Origin: Octopus vulgaris
Lineage: Eukaryota
Assembly: GCA_951406725.2 (NCBI GenBank)
Contig: OX597826.1
Coordinates: 68,014,001-68,078,000, forward strand
DNA: 64,000 nucleotides
Direction: 5' to 3'
Shown: in pieces, positions 13,052 to 26,457 of the stretch
How positions within the stretch are numbered: position 1 is the stretch's first letter
Layout of the letters: every line of letters starts with the position of its first letter
The notes under the pieces: generated by a model
Databases searched by the model: none
Told to the model about the DNA's origin: nothing
The model's input: the letters and a program-made list of their open reading frames with translations, nothing else
Translations under genes and position numbers: made by a program

Positions 13052-13083
<32 letters not shown>

Positions 13084-13137
13084 TCTATATATATATATAT
13101 CTACTTTATATCAGTATATATGTATACTTATTTGTGC

Positions 13138-13170
<33 letters not shown>
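12845..13170. repeat. Compound (TCTA)n/(TA)n microsatellite
   Basis: Directly visible. Confidence 0.95.
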
Positions 13171-13175
<5 letters not shown>

Positions 13176-13242
13176 TGTACATTTAAACACATAAGAAGTA
13201 CTCACCATAGCATTCCTCTTATATGTTTAAATGTACACTGTA
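13171..13242. repeat. Inverted repeat, 26-bp arms, 20-bp spacer
   Basis: tacagtgtacatttaaacacataaga (13171-13196) versus tcttatatgtttaaatgtacactgta (13217-13242); one mismatch. Confidence 0.9.
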
Positions 13243-13360
13243 TTTATATGAATAATATATAGTGTATTGACTAAGTTTTCTATACGCTAGGCCATAGGTT
13301 GTAAAAAATTTCTAAAGTCCCTATTACCCTGATATTATTAAAATATATATATATATAATA

Positions 13361-13427
<67 letters not shown>

Positions 13428-13519
13428 CTTTTTGTTTGTACCCCATTGCGGTGGATTTGTCCAACCTAAGCTATGCTGCGTCATGGTTGTTTACAGTTGA
13501 CTAAAACAAGAAAAAGTCT

Positions 13520-13696
13520 TTTTCTCATTTGTTTCAGTTATTTGACTGCTGCCATGCTGGAACACCGCCTTTAGTCGAAAAAATCAACCCCAGGACTTAT
13601 TCCTTGTAATCTTAGAACTTTTCCGTCTACTAAATCCACTCACGAGGCTTTAGTCGGCACGAGGCTATAGTTGAAGACATCAGCCCAAGGTGACAC
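13520..13696 (-). mobile_element. Internally deleted SINE family D fragment
   Basis: gccatgctggaacaccgcctttagtcga...caggacttattc joined directly to ttccgtctactaaatccactcacgaggctt...cccaaggtg. Confidence 0.8.
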
Positions 13697-13725
13697 TTAT
13701 ATATATATATATATATATATATATA

Positions 13726-14095
13726 AGCAACGTAGCTGGTTACGAAATCCCAATAAGGGATGGAAGTAGTAAGTACAAAGAGCGGTAATGTTGTTTATCG
13801 CCACATTAATATGGCATTTCGATGTTACTGCGATTTGTCGCCCCAAAAGAGCCTCTCCCAGCTGGTTGTCGATGCAATCTGCATCCCGTTTATATATTGC
13901 AAGCGGTGTTGTGAACCCCTTGCAACTTCTTGCAGACAACCGGATCACCTGATCGAACGGTTTCGAGTAATTTATGCCCGTCGTTAATGGCGAACAGCCG
14001 ACCGTTAGAGATAGCAGGAAATTGCGCCAGCTCGCAATATATACAGAACAAAGCGACAAAGAGTCACTGAGCTTGCAACAAGCAATATTTTTCAA
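13726..14095. mobile_element. Unclassified CpG-rich insertion within microsatellite
   Basis: About 370 bp, more GC/CpG-rich than the flanks and bounded by (TA)n and (TCTA)n; no recognisable protein. Confidence 0.4.
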
Positions 14096-14136
14096 TATGT
14101 ATGTATGAATCTATCTATCAATCAATCAATCAATCA

Positions 14137-14210
<74 letters not shown>

Positions 14211-14495
14211 TTATCTATCTAGATATTTATCTGTCTATCTGTCTGTCTACCTGTCAATGACAATATATATGTATATATCTACGTATATATAAACAGTTAT
14301 TGATTTTCCTAAAGACGCTCTGAGCTGTGTCAATCTCCATGTATATTCCACATGTCACTGTCTTGCTTAGACTAAGCTGAAGTGTTTAACGCATCAATAT
14401 CTGAATATCAACTCCAGTAACTCCGAACTTGCACTGCACCTGATGTACGGAGCTAAAAAAGAATAGAAATCTCCAATAAACTCTTTAAATACCTA

Positions 14496-14515
14496 CATAT
14501 ACATATGTACACACA

Positions 14516-14550
<35 letters not shown>

Positions 14551-14616
14551 ACACACAGAGAGACACACACATTCACACATGTATATATATATACATAAAT
14601 ATATACCTACACACAC

Positions 14617-14665
<49 letters not shown>

Positions 14666-14726
14666 TATATATACGTATACATGTATGTATATGCATATAG
14701 TGTGTGTCTATATATTTATACATGCA

Positions 14727-14758
<32 letters not shown>

Positions 14759-14770
14759 CATGCATATATG

Positions 14771-14826
<56 letters not shown>

Positions 14827-14952
14827 TATATGTATATATATATGTATATATATATATATACATATATGTTTGTATGTATATGCATATACATAAAATGGCT
14901 GATCGTTAGTAAGGAGAGACACATATGTATATATATATATATATATATACAT
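14496..14952. repeat. Compound (CA)n/(TA)n microsatellite
   Basis: Directly visible. Confidence 0.95.
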
Positions 14953-15690
14953 ATTACAAGAAGGTTTTGCCAGAAATCGTTTGAAAATATCTATTGTATA
15001 TCGGCATATTGTTTTCTGCTAGATGAAGTATTATATAAAATGAAACTGCAGATTGTTTTCATGTATGACCGTCGTTGAATTGCTGCAGACGAAGAAGGTT
15101 TGATTTCCAATAAAGCCGGTTCGGTTGATTTAGTACTTAAGCATTCCATTTTGCTCACCATTCAATAGATAAAATGGATGGGTAGCCTGCTTCTCCAGTT
15201 TGACTATCTTTTGAAAAATTATGAGAACACGAGGCATTCATCAATGAATCAGTGATCCGTGAATTGTTACGAACATTCCGTTATTAGTATGAAATGAAGT
15301 AAGATAATCTATATTGGATAAATATTTATTTTACCCTGCAAATGAACAGAAGCAATTATTAAAACTGTCACAGATTTTGTCCTTGGAAACAAAAGATAAC
15401 GAAGGAACTGCTAATTTGTGGTTAAAATATTGGCAAACTCTCTCATATCACAATTTAAAGTTTCACGTACGTATAAATGAACCAGGGCCTTTTAAATTGT
15501 AAACAGGCCTGAAAAATATCAGTCATATCTCCCACAGGTTATACCCTTTTCCGTTATTCATCCTCGAAAACGAAGCCTCTCATACACGAGCTCGTTCTAA
15601 TAGCAGTAATGATAGCATAGTAACAGCTAAATCTCACTGGAATCGTATCATCGTGCCACATGTTGAATGCGAAACAACAAGGGAGACATC

Positions 15691-16091
15691 TACCGTAAAT
15701 CCTCGAGTATAATCCGCATTTTCCCCCCAAATTTATAGATCAAAATCCCTGGTGCGTACTATATACGAGGTTAAAAATGAAAAAATATTTTCTAAGCAAT
15801 GCCCGAGTCTCTATTTCCTGTCCGGCAATGTTTATTCAGACGCATTTTGTGATGTCGGGCGCGAAAATACATTAGGCTAAGCCTTTTACATTCCCATATA
15901 ACAGTTAAGAACATCACCATTATTGTATTACGCATGCACTCTTTTAGGGGTCACTGGCTTAATTACGCACGACTCAAGTTAGAGAACTGGTGCGTATTAT
16001 ACACAAGGTTTAGGTTTTTCAGAGGTACAACCCACTAAAAATCCCCTGTGTATTATACTCAAGGGCGGAGTATCCTCGAGGATTTACGGTA
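15691..16091. mobile_element. MITE (Tc1/mariner-pogo superfamily type), copy 1
   Basis: TIRs ta-ccgtaaatcctcgagtataatccgc and gcggagtatcctcgaggatttacgg-ta with TA TSD; second copy at 26458-26987. Confidence 0.9.
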
Positions 16092-16386
16092 TGTACTAAT
16101 CAGATCTGGTTGAAATAGAAGTGGGAAATTAACCCCGACTCTCTAATATATATATATTCGTATGTATATCTTAATGAACGAGCGCTTACACGAAGGTTGA
16201 ATTTGAAATAACAACGAAACGTTCCTCAAATTTTACCTACCGTCTACGAAGGTTGCGTGATATTAAAACTAATTGACTTCAGCAAAAATGGGGTGATCAC
16301 GACTGAAATATTTTATGATGTGGTTAGATATTCATGTATATGTCCTTCGTATACCTTATGGCGAAGAGAATAACAAGAAGACATAA

Positions 16387-16628
16387 ATAACTGAAATATA
16401 TTTCATCTGAGGTTCGCACAGCCATAAACTCGGTATAAAATTATTAGCTGCTTCAAACAGCACTCGAATGTGTTTCGTTTCATCACCCCAAAGTTTTAGA
16501 AAAAAGGACATAACTGAAATATGTTTCATGTGAGATTCGCACAACCACGAACAGGGTATAAAGTTATTACCTGCTTCAAATTGCACTTGAATGTGTTTCG
16601 TGTCATCACCCCCAAAGATTTAGAAAAA
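16387..16628. repeat. Two-copy tandem repeat, 123-bp period
   Basis: ataactgaaatat...gttcgcaca...ggtataaa.ttatta.ctgcttcaaa...gaatgtgtttcgt.tcatcacccc...tagaaaaa starting at 16387 and 16510. Confidence 0.9.
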
Positions 16629-17559
16629 TGCTCTGAGACGTAATACCCAGTTCATATTGTCAGAGTGTGTTGAGGGAACGGCTAATCTCTTTTGGTATGC
16701 CTTTGTTTCCACATTTGCTGGAAAAGGGAAAACCTGTGGTTAAACAATAACAAAACAGTGGGGGATGATATAGACGTCTGCAGATAGACCTTAACCCGAG
16801 GACACAAAAGTACATTTAAACACACACATAAAAACACACACACAAAAACACACACACACACACACACACTCACTACTGAGAAGTTATATGGAAAAAAAAA
16901 ACTTTTTCAATATTTCTATTAACAACATATAAATTTCAAGAGCAAAAAAATAGGTGTTATAGACAGTTGCCAAGGTATATTCTTGGTTAATTTATTGAAC
17001 ATTTTTTCAATAATAATCTTGTAACTTTGGGAATTTTAGCGAAAGTAACAACAACAACAGCAACAAATAAATAATAATAAATCATTCAACTTAAGTTCTC
17101 TAGGTGCCAGCCAGCTCTCTAACTTTTACGAGGTTGCTAAATATGCTGAAAATAGCAGCAGATGTAACAACCAATAACGCAAACTCTTCTTTACAAAATG
17201 GAAGTAACACTGTTTATTGTATTTCTGAACATATATAAAAGCGAAAAAGCAGAAAGAAAATTTTAAAAAAGGAAGGTGTAAACTGCAACACTTTCGGTTC
17301 ATAACACTACAATATCCCAGATGAACGTCAGTTAAAAAGACAGAGACAAAAATTATATATGCGGGAGGCAGTAAGTGAAAAATATGTAAGAAAAAATAAT
17401 ATACGGTATATATTTTTGAAGACAACCATGCAATTAGACGTTGTTGGTGCTGGAAGATTTCCAAAATTTCAAGACGAATATAATATTTTTGGCCGAATAT
17501 AATGTCCAAAGAATTATATGTGTATCTGCATGTTTGTGCATGTAAGCGTATGTAAGCGC

Positions 17560-17901
17560 ATACATACATACATACATACATACACACACACACTATACAT
17601 ACATATAAACATATATACATATATGTTTATAGGTATGTATATGTAAATATATGTATATGTATATGTATATGTATATATGTATATATATGTATATGTATCT
17701 ATACATATGTATGTTTATATGTATGTATATGTATATATGTATGTATATATATATGTACATATATACATATGCGTATTTATATATAAGTGTATATATATGT
17801 ATATATATATACATGTGTGTGTACGTATGTGTGCATGTGTGTGTATGTGGGCGAATATAGGTGTGTATATATCTGTCTATGTCTTCCTGTATCTCTCTCT
17901 T

Positions 17902-18000
<99 letters not shown>

Positions 18001-18002
18001 CA

Positions 18003-18085
<83 letters not shown>

Positions 18086-18092
18086 ATATATA
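17560..18092. repeat. Compound (TACA)n/(TA)n/(TG)n microsatellite
   Basis: Directly visible. Confidence 0.95.
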
Positions 18093-18596
18093 CGAATGCG
18101 GAGAGAGAGATCGACTTAAGCAGCCGAATTTACACTCGCGGTATGAGATTGCATAAAAATTCTAACGTACGTACATGGAGATCATGAATTTACAATTTAC
18201 GTCTTAATGCATTAATAATCGGTAAAAAAAGATGTCTTCCAAACCTGTCGGTCAATACAATGTTGATTGCTTACCATTGGTTCGTAGTGGGACATCTTCA
18301 GGTTTTCGGCAATATTCGTATTGTTAAACACTTTGGACGAAGAATATTTGCTCAATTATATATAACACTATGTGGCTATTCTTTGCATGATTGTCAGTAC
18401 ATACATCTAGTAAGAATATGCAAAGAACGAAGCGATAAATTTTGGAAATGACTAACATGAGGAATTTTAGAAGATGATGCAGCATTGTGATAGTGGAATT
18501 CAATGGCTGATATTTTAAACTGGGGTATAGAGAATTTGTATTTTGAATGCGTCTAAATCTATATATTTATCTAAACATCTAATATTGTAATACCTT

Positions 18597-18940
<344 letters not shown>

Positions 18941-19439
18941 TCAAATACGTCTGAGACACTGAACTTGTACAATACTAATGCACCACCATAATGTCGCTAC
19001 ATATTGGAATCGACCCCAGTGCTCAGTACCTGCTGATATCGTATTCTTGTTGTGCCCATGGCTGAGTTAAAATTACATAAACAACGCAAAATGGTTAGGC
19101 AAATGGTAACAGGAAGAGCTAAACTTAGGAGCTTTACATCATATCCAAATATCGTAAGAGAGAACACGCTGGAAGATATAATAGTATTATGCAACCCTAA
19201 TATATTATAACGTCCATTAAACAATGTTATGAGAAAATACCGTGTTCTACTGTGGATAGCTTACGGTATACTTAGTTTGACCAATCAGTTTCTGTACTGT
19301 TGCCATAGTAACGAAGCTAAATTATGGAGAATAAAGCCACTTGGAACAGACTGACCTTGAACTCTGTTTTACATGTGCACTAAGTTTTAACGTTCTTACT
19401 AACTCACTTCCGCTGTTTACAGCGGTGCTTGGAAGGAAC

Positions 19440-19730
19440 GTGTGTAGCGTGTGATCGTCGCATTGAGCAAAACAGGGGAAGTTCTGCAGAGAATCTGCAT
19501 TAGATTTTACCAAAAGCGTGACGATTCCTGCTCAGACGCCTACGCAAACTTTTCGAAAAGTTTTCGGCAATCTCGACACAGTTACGGAGAACATGTACAC
19601 CTGAAACACGAGTGTCCTTTTGGTCAGCTGAAAGCAGTTTTGGCACAAACTTGGCAGACACGTGTTTCATACCCAAATCTTCAGTGAAAATGGCACTGAA
19701 CTGAACCGTAGCTAATCTGCTCATCCTCTG
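19440..19730. mobile_element. Decayed, rearranged mariner-family transposase fragments
   Basis: Plus strand EVLQRICIRFYQK...SDAYANF (mariner N-terminal HTH, QR.CIKFC type). Minus strand AIFTEDLGMKHVSAKFVPKLLSADQKDTRV (WVPHEL-equivalent linker). Confidence 0.82.
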
Positions 19731-19797
19731 GTTTCCAGATTCATAATATTGCGAATAAGGGGTTCAACGTTGGTTCTATGTCAGCGTGTGTATATTA

Positions 19798-19927
19798 GAA
19801 TTTTTTGCGTAATAAGATAAAAACACAAGGCTGTGTAGATGTTAGAGCATTTATAGATAGAAGGTCTTACAAATATCTATAAATGATTTACAGCCTTGGT
19901 CTTTTTATCTTATTACGCAAAACATTC
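19798..19927. repeat. Imperfect foldback (about 130 bp)
   Basis: ttttgcgtaataagataaaaac.caaggctgt pairs with acagccttgg.ctttttatcttattacgcaaaa; inner catttatagata pairs with tatctataaatg. Confidence 0.88.
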
Positions 19928-20248
19928 ATATATATTTTTATATATTTATTAACATATATATATATATATATTTATTAACACACACACATATATATATATA
20001 TGAATTTACATACATGTATATCTATACATGATGGGTATATATAATCTGTATATAAATACTCACACAACGAATCAAACAGATATATGTATAATTGCTAACA
20101 TACATATATTTCGGATTCTAACATACATTATATAACTTCTTATACATGTATCTATGTGTGTGTTTTGCGGGTGTATGCGTGTATGTTACTGTGTATATAT
20201 ATATATATATATATCTTTATCCGTATACATATATGCATACATATACGA

Positions 20249-20316
<68 letters not shown>

Positions 20317-20322
20317 GTTTTA

Positions 20323-20413
<91 letters not shown>

Positions 20414-20664
20414 TATACTTAATGAGGTATTTAGTAACAAATCTGCAAATTGTTATTGAAAATCATTCAGGAATAAATGAACGCTAGAGATTTGTTAAGA
20501 CCATTTTCTCAGCACTCATTCTATAATTTGGTCAATGAATAGTCTAAATATGGATTCCCAAGATGTATAAAAGACATTTGATTATTTAATTTCTCCATAA
20601 TTACTTGCTAATATATATAGTTGCACCAATTATATTAGCTCTATACAATCTTTTTTTCAAATCA

Positions 20665-20699
<35 letters not shown>

Positions 20700-20733
20700 G
20701 TGTGTGTGTGTGTGTGTGTGTTTTTCCTATTTA

Positions 20734-20774
<41 letters not shown>

Positions 20775-20785
20775 TTTCCTATTTA

Positions 20786-20843
<58 letters not shown>

Positions 20844-21419
20844 TATACATATATATATATGTATTTATATATGTATGTATATATGTATGTGTGTATGTAT
20901 CTCCCTCCAGTGGGAGGGATGTAATTTGCCTTCCTCCATTTAGGTCTCACGATTCCCGTATACGGCTGAGCGTTTTGTAGGTATTAAATCAATGGTCTCA
21001 CTGAGCGGGTATACCAGCGAACTTCTTAAAGATATATATATATATAGATAGATATAGATATATATATGTATGTTTGTGTGTGTGTGTTTGTGTATTGTAA
21101 ATATTTGATGCAGGAGCCGGAGTATGCTGGAACTTTTAATTAATACATCGTTCGTTTCAGTATAATTCTGCACTGCCCTCTAGTGAGTGGGGAATGGTAT
21201 AATGAATTTCAATGCACTCTGCAGTTAAAAAATCCCTTTATCAGGTTTCCTTAGTGACATTTCGCTCGTAGGTTTACATCTAGATTATGTTGGTAGTTGT
21301 AACATCTCAAATACATTGATGGCGAATTAAGAATCCCTGTTGTACAGTGAATACAGACAGGATGTTGTTGACAATGAATGAAATGTGAAGGAAGATAATT
21401 GTATAATTGTTTTTGAGCC

Positions 21420-22640
21420 ATTATAAAATGCGCCGAACTCTTTCATGGTTGGTCATGGTTGCCTGGCGTGACGGCGTAGTCAATAATTTACTTGGGACGT
21501 ATTTCAGGTCATGAAACATAATGACTTTTTTGGACACATTTGTATCCCAACTATGTATCTATGTGTCAGTCCTAGCGTTTACTCGCTCATCATCAACCAC
21601 GGTATCGCAAGGTAAAGTTGCAGAGCATGTTGTTATCAGGGTTTTCTCTCTTTTCCCTGATAAGCGGGACAGTATTTCTTTCAGACTGGTTATATGTTTG
21701 CTGGGAGAAGGCACAAAAGCCGCATGGTGCTGCACTACTGAGACGATGCAAACGTTAGCTATCTTGCATGATACTTCAGGGTTAGATTTCCTTCAACGAA
21801 ATAATAACTGATGGTAGTTAGATCAACTGCCTTCATCGCAGCCAGTTTTTAAATGGATAGGAAGCCCCATTGATAAATGCGACTCCCAGTTCATTGTTAT
21901 TTCGTCGGCGACTGGACTGGCACCCCACTTGGCTGGCCTGGTGAGAAAGGGTTGCTAGAAGCACAGGAGGACTAAAAACAAGACCTTTGAAAAGGAGAAA
22001 TGAATCTAGTGTAAGTTCAATGAGTATCTAGCAATGGCAGCGACCCTCAGAAATTCCGTGTTGGTATCCGGCGAGTAGCAAGATCACTGGACGTAACGAA
22101 CCTAATAGCCATTTTCAAAGCATGTCTGTGGAACCCGTTTCGAACCCAGGCTATGTTTGCTACTGTAATCTGTGTTGACTCGATCCAGAAATCCTCTGCG
22201 ACGATCGATAATCTATAGAGCAAGATGAGCTGCTATGGGTCAGACTTTCTGAAACTGTTTATGCATGTGACCAGAAACCACATTCGAAACTGCACCCTAA
22301 CTGAAACTCTGAAAAGAAAAATGACCACTCAAGTAATTCACAAAAACATCATCTATTTCTCTCGCATGGAATGACTGTAATCTCTTACTGTGTTCTCTGT
22401 CACTGCTACGCTGTGTTCTGAAGTGACTGGTCTCATGACATCTCCCCTCGGCAGCGAATTACAGCATGAAATTTGCACCTCAACAGCGAATTATCACTAC
22501 GGCTATGTCGTCTGTGCTATGCGTTGCACTTCTTATCCCAGTGAGGCATTTGTCCCTATCATGTGGTCAGCATTCATGAGGAAGGTGCTGACCTCGTTGG
22601 TCCAATATGGCTCAACATATCTTAGGTGAATGATGTCGCA
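21420..22640. mobile_element. Probable ancient retroelement-derived sequence (unclassified)
   Basis: GC-richer, microsatellite-free block; 21910-22090 resembles a LINE 5' UTR-type segment. No clean motif recovered. Confidence 0.3.
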
Positions 22641-23391
22641 AGCAGACGTACATTAATAAATATATATCACTCTCTAAGTCCAGAATTGAAGGAGAAACCA
22701 TGTTTGATTAGAGCCACAGAAGAGAAACATTTCCGATACAAGAACAGGCTGCTACCAATTAATGAGTTGAAATTAATATCCATATGTCCAAGAATGTAGA
22801 TTGCAAAGATCACTCGCTTGAGAACAATGCATCAATTTGTATTACAATACACTATTTCCGACAAAATATATTTGCAGGCACAATAACACAGCAAAGCTGA
22901 TTAGCATGTAGTTTGCTGCCAGCTTGTAACTACTTAAGGAAATGCATATATGAATCACCACCTGCTGCACGAAACGACAAAACGAAAATACTATGGCACT
23001 TAGCATAACAAATAAGCCAACCTTATTTTTCATGTCAAGAATGTCACCAGCGTATTCATTATCGATATTTCAAATAACAAATGCTTATATAAGGTTGTGT
23101 AGTAGTGACCTGGGGGGTCCACAGAATTACATTGTCGTAACTGAGATAATATATCTCATCGTATTTTCTAAATAATGTAAATGGGGAGACATTATTCGAT
23201 TTTTGAAAGTTCATTGTTAAATTAACTGTAAGGTTAGTCATGAGCATCTACTAGAAAATGGCAACACTATCATTTGTAAATAAGTTTAAACTTTCTGAGG
23301 TTATACACGCATCGCATTTTAAAACTTGGATACCATCTTGAATCGTAAATTTATTCCTAAACCTTTAAATATATATATACATACATACATA

Positions 23392-23435
<44 letters not shown>

Positions 23436-23562
23436 AATAAATGTGTATATATATGTATATATATGTAATTTTTTGTATATTATATTAATTAATTTTATTT
23501 CTATGTTTTAGTTTGTGTTTTTCACTGTTTGATTTGCCTAATTGTGGTTTATCTCTAATTTA

Positions 23563-23600
<38 letters not shown>

Positions 23601-23877
23601 GTGTGTGTGTATGTATGTATTTATGTATGTATGTATATATATACTCATTTATCTTGAGTATCCTTGCTAACTTTGAATACATGTTGGCGTATTATACAGT
23701 CGGCGTTCTTCTTCTCCTGGTACAACACTCTTAAATTAGAGAGTTTGTTTACCAAGAACATCATTTTTCCAAAACACTTTTGTATACAGTCCAAGATGGG
23801 CGTACAATATACTTCTTTAAAGAACAGAGAATTTGTTCCTTTCTCAAAGTATGAATATTAAAGACTGTTTTTAAAAT

Positions 23878-23899
23878 GATGATGATGATGATGATGATG

Positions 23900-23975
<76 letters not shown>

Positions 23976-23995
23976 TAATGATAATAATAATAATT
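23878..23995. repeat. (GAT)n-(AAT)n microsatellite
   Basis: Directly visible. Confidence 0.95.
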
Positions 23996-24337
23996 AAGGG
24001 GCTGATAGCTACCTAACTCAGATACCAGGAAACCCCAAAATGGCAGAAATTCAAAAGATAGTGCTCATGGGAACTGCTCATATCCTACGCAAAATACTTT
24101 CTATGTAATCTCAAGGTTTAAAACAAACATAATTTTCGGTTTAAAAAAAAAATTTCTTTTAAATTAATTTTGTTTTTAGACATTCATTAGTACAACACCA
24201 AAAACTCCCCCCCAAAAAAAATATATGGCACACTAGGCATAACAACAACCTTAACTTCCAACCTGTTGTCTCTTGAGGTCTCTGGGTTAGACTTGGAGCC
24301 AACTTGTACAAATATAAAGCAAAACTCAAACATAGAA
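23996..24337 (+). mobile_element. Extreme 3' end of a Dong/R4 non-LTR retrotransposon inserted in (TAA)n
   Basis: GADSYLTQIPGNPKMAEIQKIVLMGTAHILRKILSM* (stop 24106-24108) is the QK..L.GTA.ILR C-terminal motif of R4/Dong. It is followed by a 3' UTR and has (TAA)n on both sides. Confidence 0.88.
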
Positions 24338-24351
24338 TGATAATAATAATA

Positions 24352-24515
24352 ATTTCAAGTTTTAGCTCAAGGTCAGCAATTTCGGGCGAGGAGCAGTTCG
24401 ATTAATTCGACCCCAGTGCTCAGCTTAATTTCATCGGGCTCGAAAGTATGACAGGCAAAGTCGAACTTGGCGGAATTCGAATTCAGAACGTAAAGATGGA
24501 CAAAATGCTGATAAA
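24352..24515 (-). mobile_element. SINE family A variant, partial
   Basis: tcgaccccagtgctcagct...gaaagtatgacaggcaaagtcgaacttggcggaattcgaattcagaacgtaaagatggac matches family A. Confidence 0.8.
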
Positions 24516-25688
24516 GAAAATGACGATGATGATGAAGTGGAGGATGAGGAAGAGGTGGATGGCGATAATATTGAGGACTATGGTACACGCATCGGGAAAA
24601 AATATAAATTGTGTAGACATTATTAATTCCGGTAAAAATATTTCTTCACTGACAGCGAATATATCCTTTACAGCTGCCTGAAATAAGATGCATTTCATAT
24701 TAGCTGAACAAGAAGTTGACGGAAAATTAAGCAAAAAAAAAAAAGAGGCAAAAAAGCAATTGGTAAGGCATTTAGATTAGTTTGAAACAATTCATATAAG
24801 AAGTATGCATATATTTAAGAGAACCTCTCTTAAAAACCAACGTAGATCAAGGCAAACTATGAGAAATGATCAAAGGACGATAAAAAGCAAATCGTAGCGT
24901 TCTGGTACTGAATTCCATTACCTAGTTAAATACTTTCCTATATGCTTGCATACTATAGGTAGTTCCTGAGGTTGATTGCAGATTAACCGGGAGAAAATTC
25001 ACTGTAATATCAGCAATAATGTTTTATGCCGCATGTTATACCAGGATCACACATTGCAAACCAAACTATATTATTCCAGCCATTAAGGAACTAATCTCTT
25101 CCTCGCCATTCTTCCTCAACGATACTAAAAGCAACGGTATGTATTGTACCTCAACTGATTATTCAAAGACATTGGTGTCTTTGAAGTGATATGGGAAAAT
25201 ATCGGAAGAATTCGACGCTTTTTTTGATGGATGAAGAGAAGTACACATAAAATTCTAAATACATAGTTATTTGCTTCCCAGTTGGGAAACAAAAGCTAAT
25301 ACCTTAACGAAATTGCTTAGCAATTCAATATAAAAAGTGCAGTGATAATTTCAAAAGATTAAGAACTAATCACACACGAAAATGCATTTTCATGTCCTAC
25401 AGGAAATCTGATCGCTTTTTACAGTGAAGTTGACAGATATTGATTTGTTTCGGTCTTATTATATCTCATCAGCGAAGTTTAAGCTTGTGAATTCTGCTTT
25501 TGTCTTTTGAAATATTTAAGTGAAAGGGTTATGAGAAAATTTGTCCAATATAATTTGGATAAATCCCAAAAGAGTGTCAAAGAAAATAAGTGAAATATGC
25601 TAGTGGTTTGATTTGAACGACTTAAGGTGCAGGCTGCGTACTGAATCATTTACTTCCCAAACAACAATGTATGCATGCATATATACAT

Positions 25689-25993
25689 GCATGGCTCAGT
25701 GGTTAGAGTGCCGAACTTATGAGCGTGAGGTGGTGCGTTCGATTCCCGGCCCGGGCTGCGTGTTGTGTTCTTGCCCCAGTTCGTTCAGCTGTAGAAAGAG
25801 TTCCAACATCACTGGTGTCAAGCTGTATCGACCTTTGCCTTTCCTTCGGATAACATCAGTGGCGTGGAAAGGGGAGGCTGGTATTCATGGGCGACTGCTG
25901 GCCTTCTATAAACAACCTTCCCCGGACTTGTGCTTCAGAGCGTAACATTCTACGGGCAATCCCATGGTCATTCATTACCGAAGGGGGGGTCTC
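25689..25993 (+). mobile_element. SINE family C copy (small internal deletion)
   Basis: Colinear with 12312-12659: atggctcagtggttagagtg...gttcgattcccgg...aagctgtatcgacctttgcctttcc...cccatggtcattcattaccgaagggg. Confidence 0.9.
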
Positions 25994-26027
25994 CTCCTCA
26001 CACACACACATATATATATATATATAT

Positions 26028-26216
26028 GTCGCCATGATAGATCGGTAGCAACTACACACATTTTTTCTCTCCACGTTTCTTTCTGTGTTCCTTTCTGTGA
26101 AAGAGCGTACTCTCGAAACGTAAAAGACTCTTTCAATTCCCGAGCGTTATACTAATACATTTGTTTGTTTTCTATACCACCTGTCTTTGTCTTTTGTTTT
26201 TTTCGTGAATTCTCCC
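26028..26216 (+). mobile_element. HHR-like short element family E, copy 1
   Basis: About 190-bp pyrimidine-rich element between (TA)n tracts with cttt-ctgtgaa-a-gagcgtactctc-gaaa-cgta-aaag; homologous to copies at 38993, 51323, 55009 and 58615. Confidence 0.8.
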
Positions 26217-26457
26217 TATATATATATATAGGAGTAGGTTAAGTAAGATGACAAGGGGGTAAGTTTACATGAAGTTGCAAATCATGTAAGTGCAATGAAT
26301 GCATATAATTTATAAGATCTCACACAAACTCAGAAGCTGTTTATCAAAAACTCCATGTGTAAGACTGGGACTCTACACTGAATCACTTGGATTAATTTTC
26401 TCTTAACAGCTTACAGTCTTAACGTTGTAACATTTGGGTCTCCGAAAAAGCAAGATT

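Noticed and set aside
14330-14475. Minus-strand splice-acceptor-like site (ttctattcttttttag) and possible terminal exon
   Set aside because: All three frames stop within about 22 codons, the peptides are unrecognisable, and no partner exon was found.
24483-24734. Minus-strand acceptor (cttatttcag) and 83-aa ORF
   Set aside because: It runs into low-complexity and SINE sequence, with no recognisable protein or good donor site.
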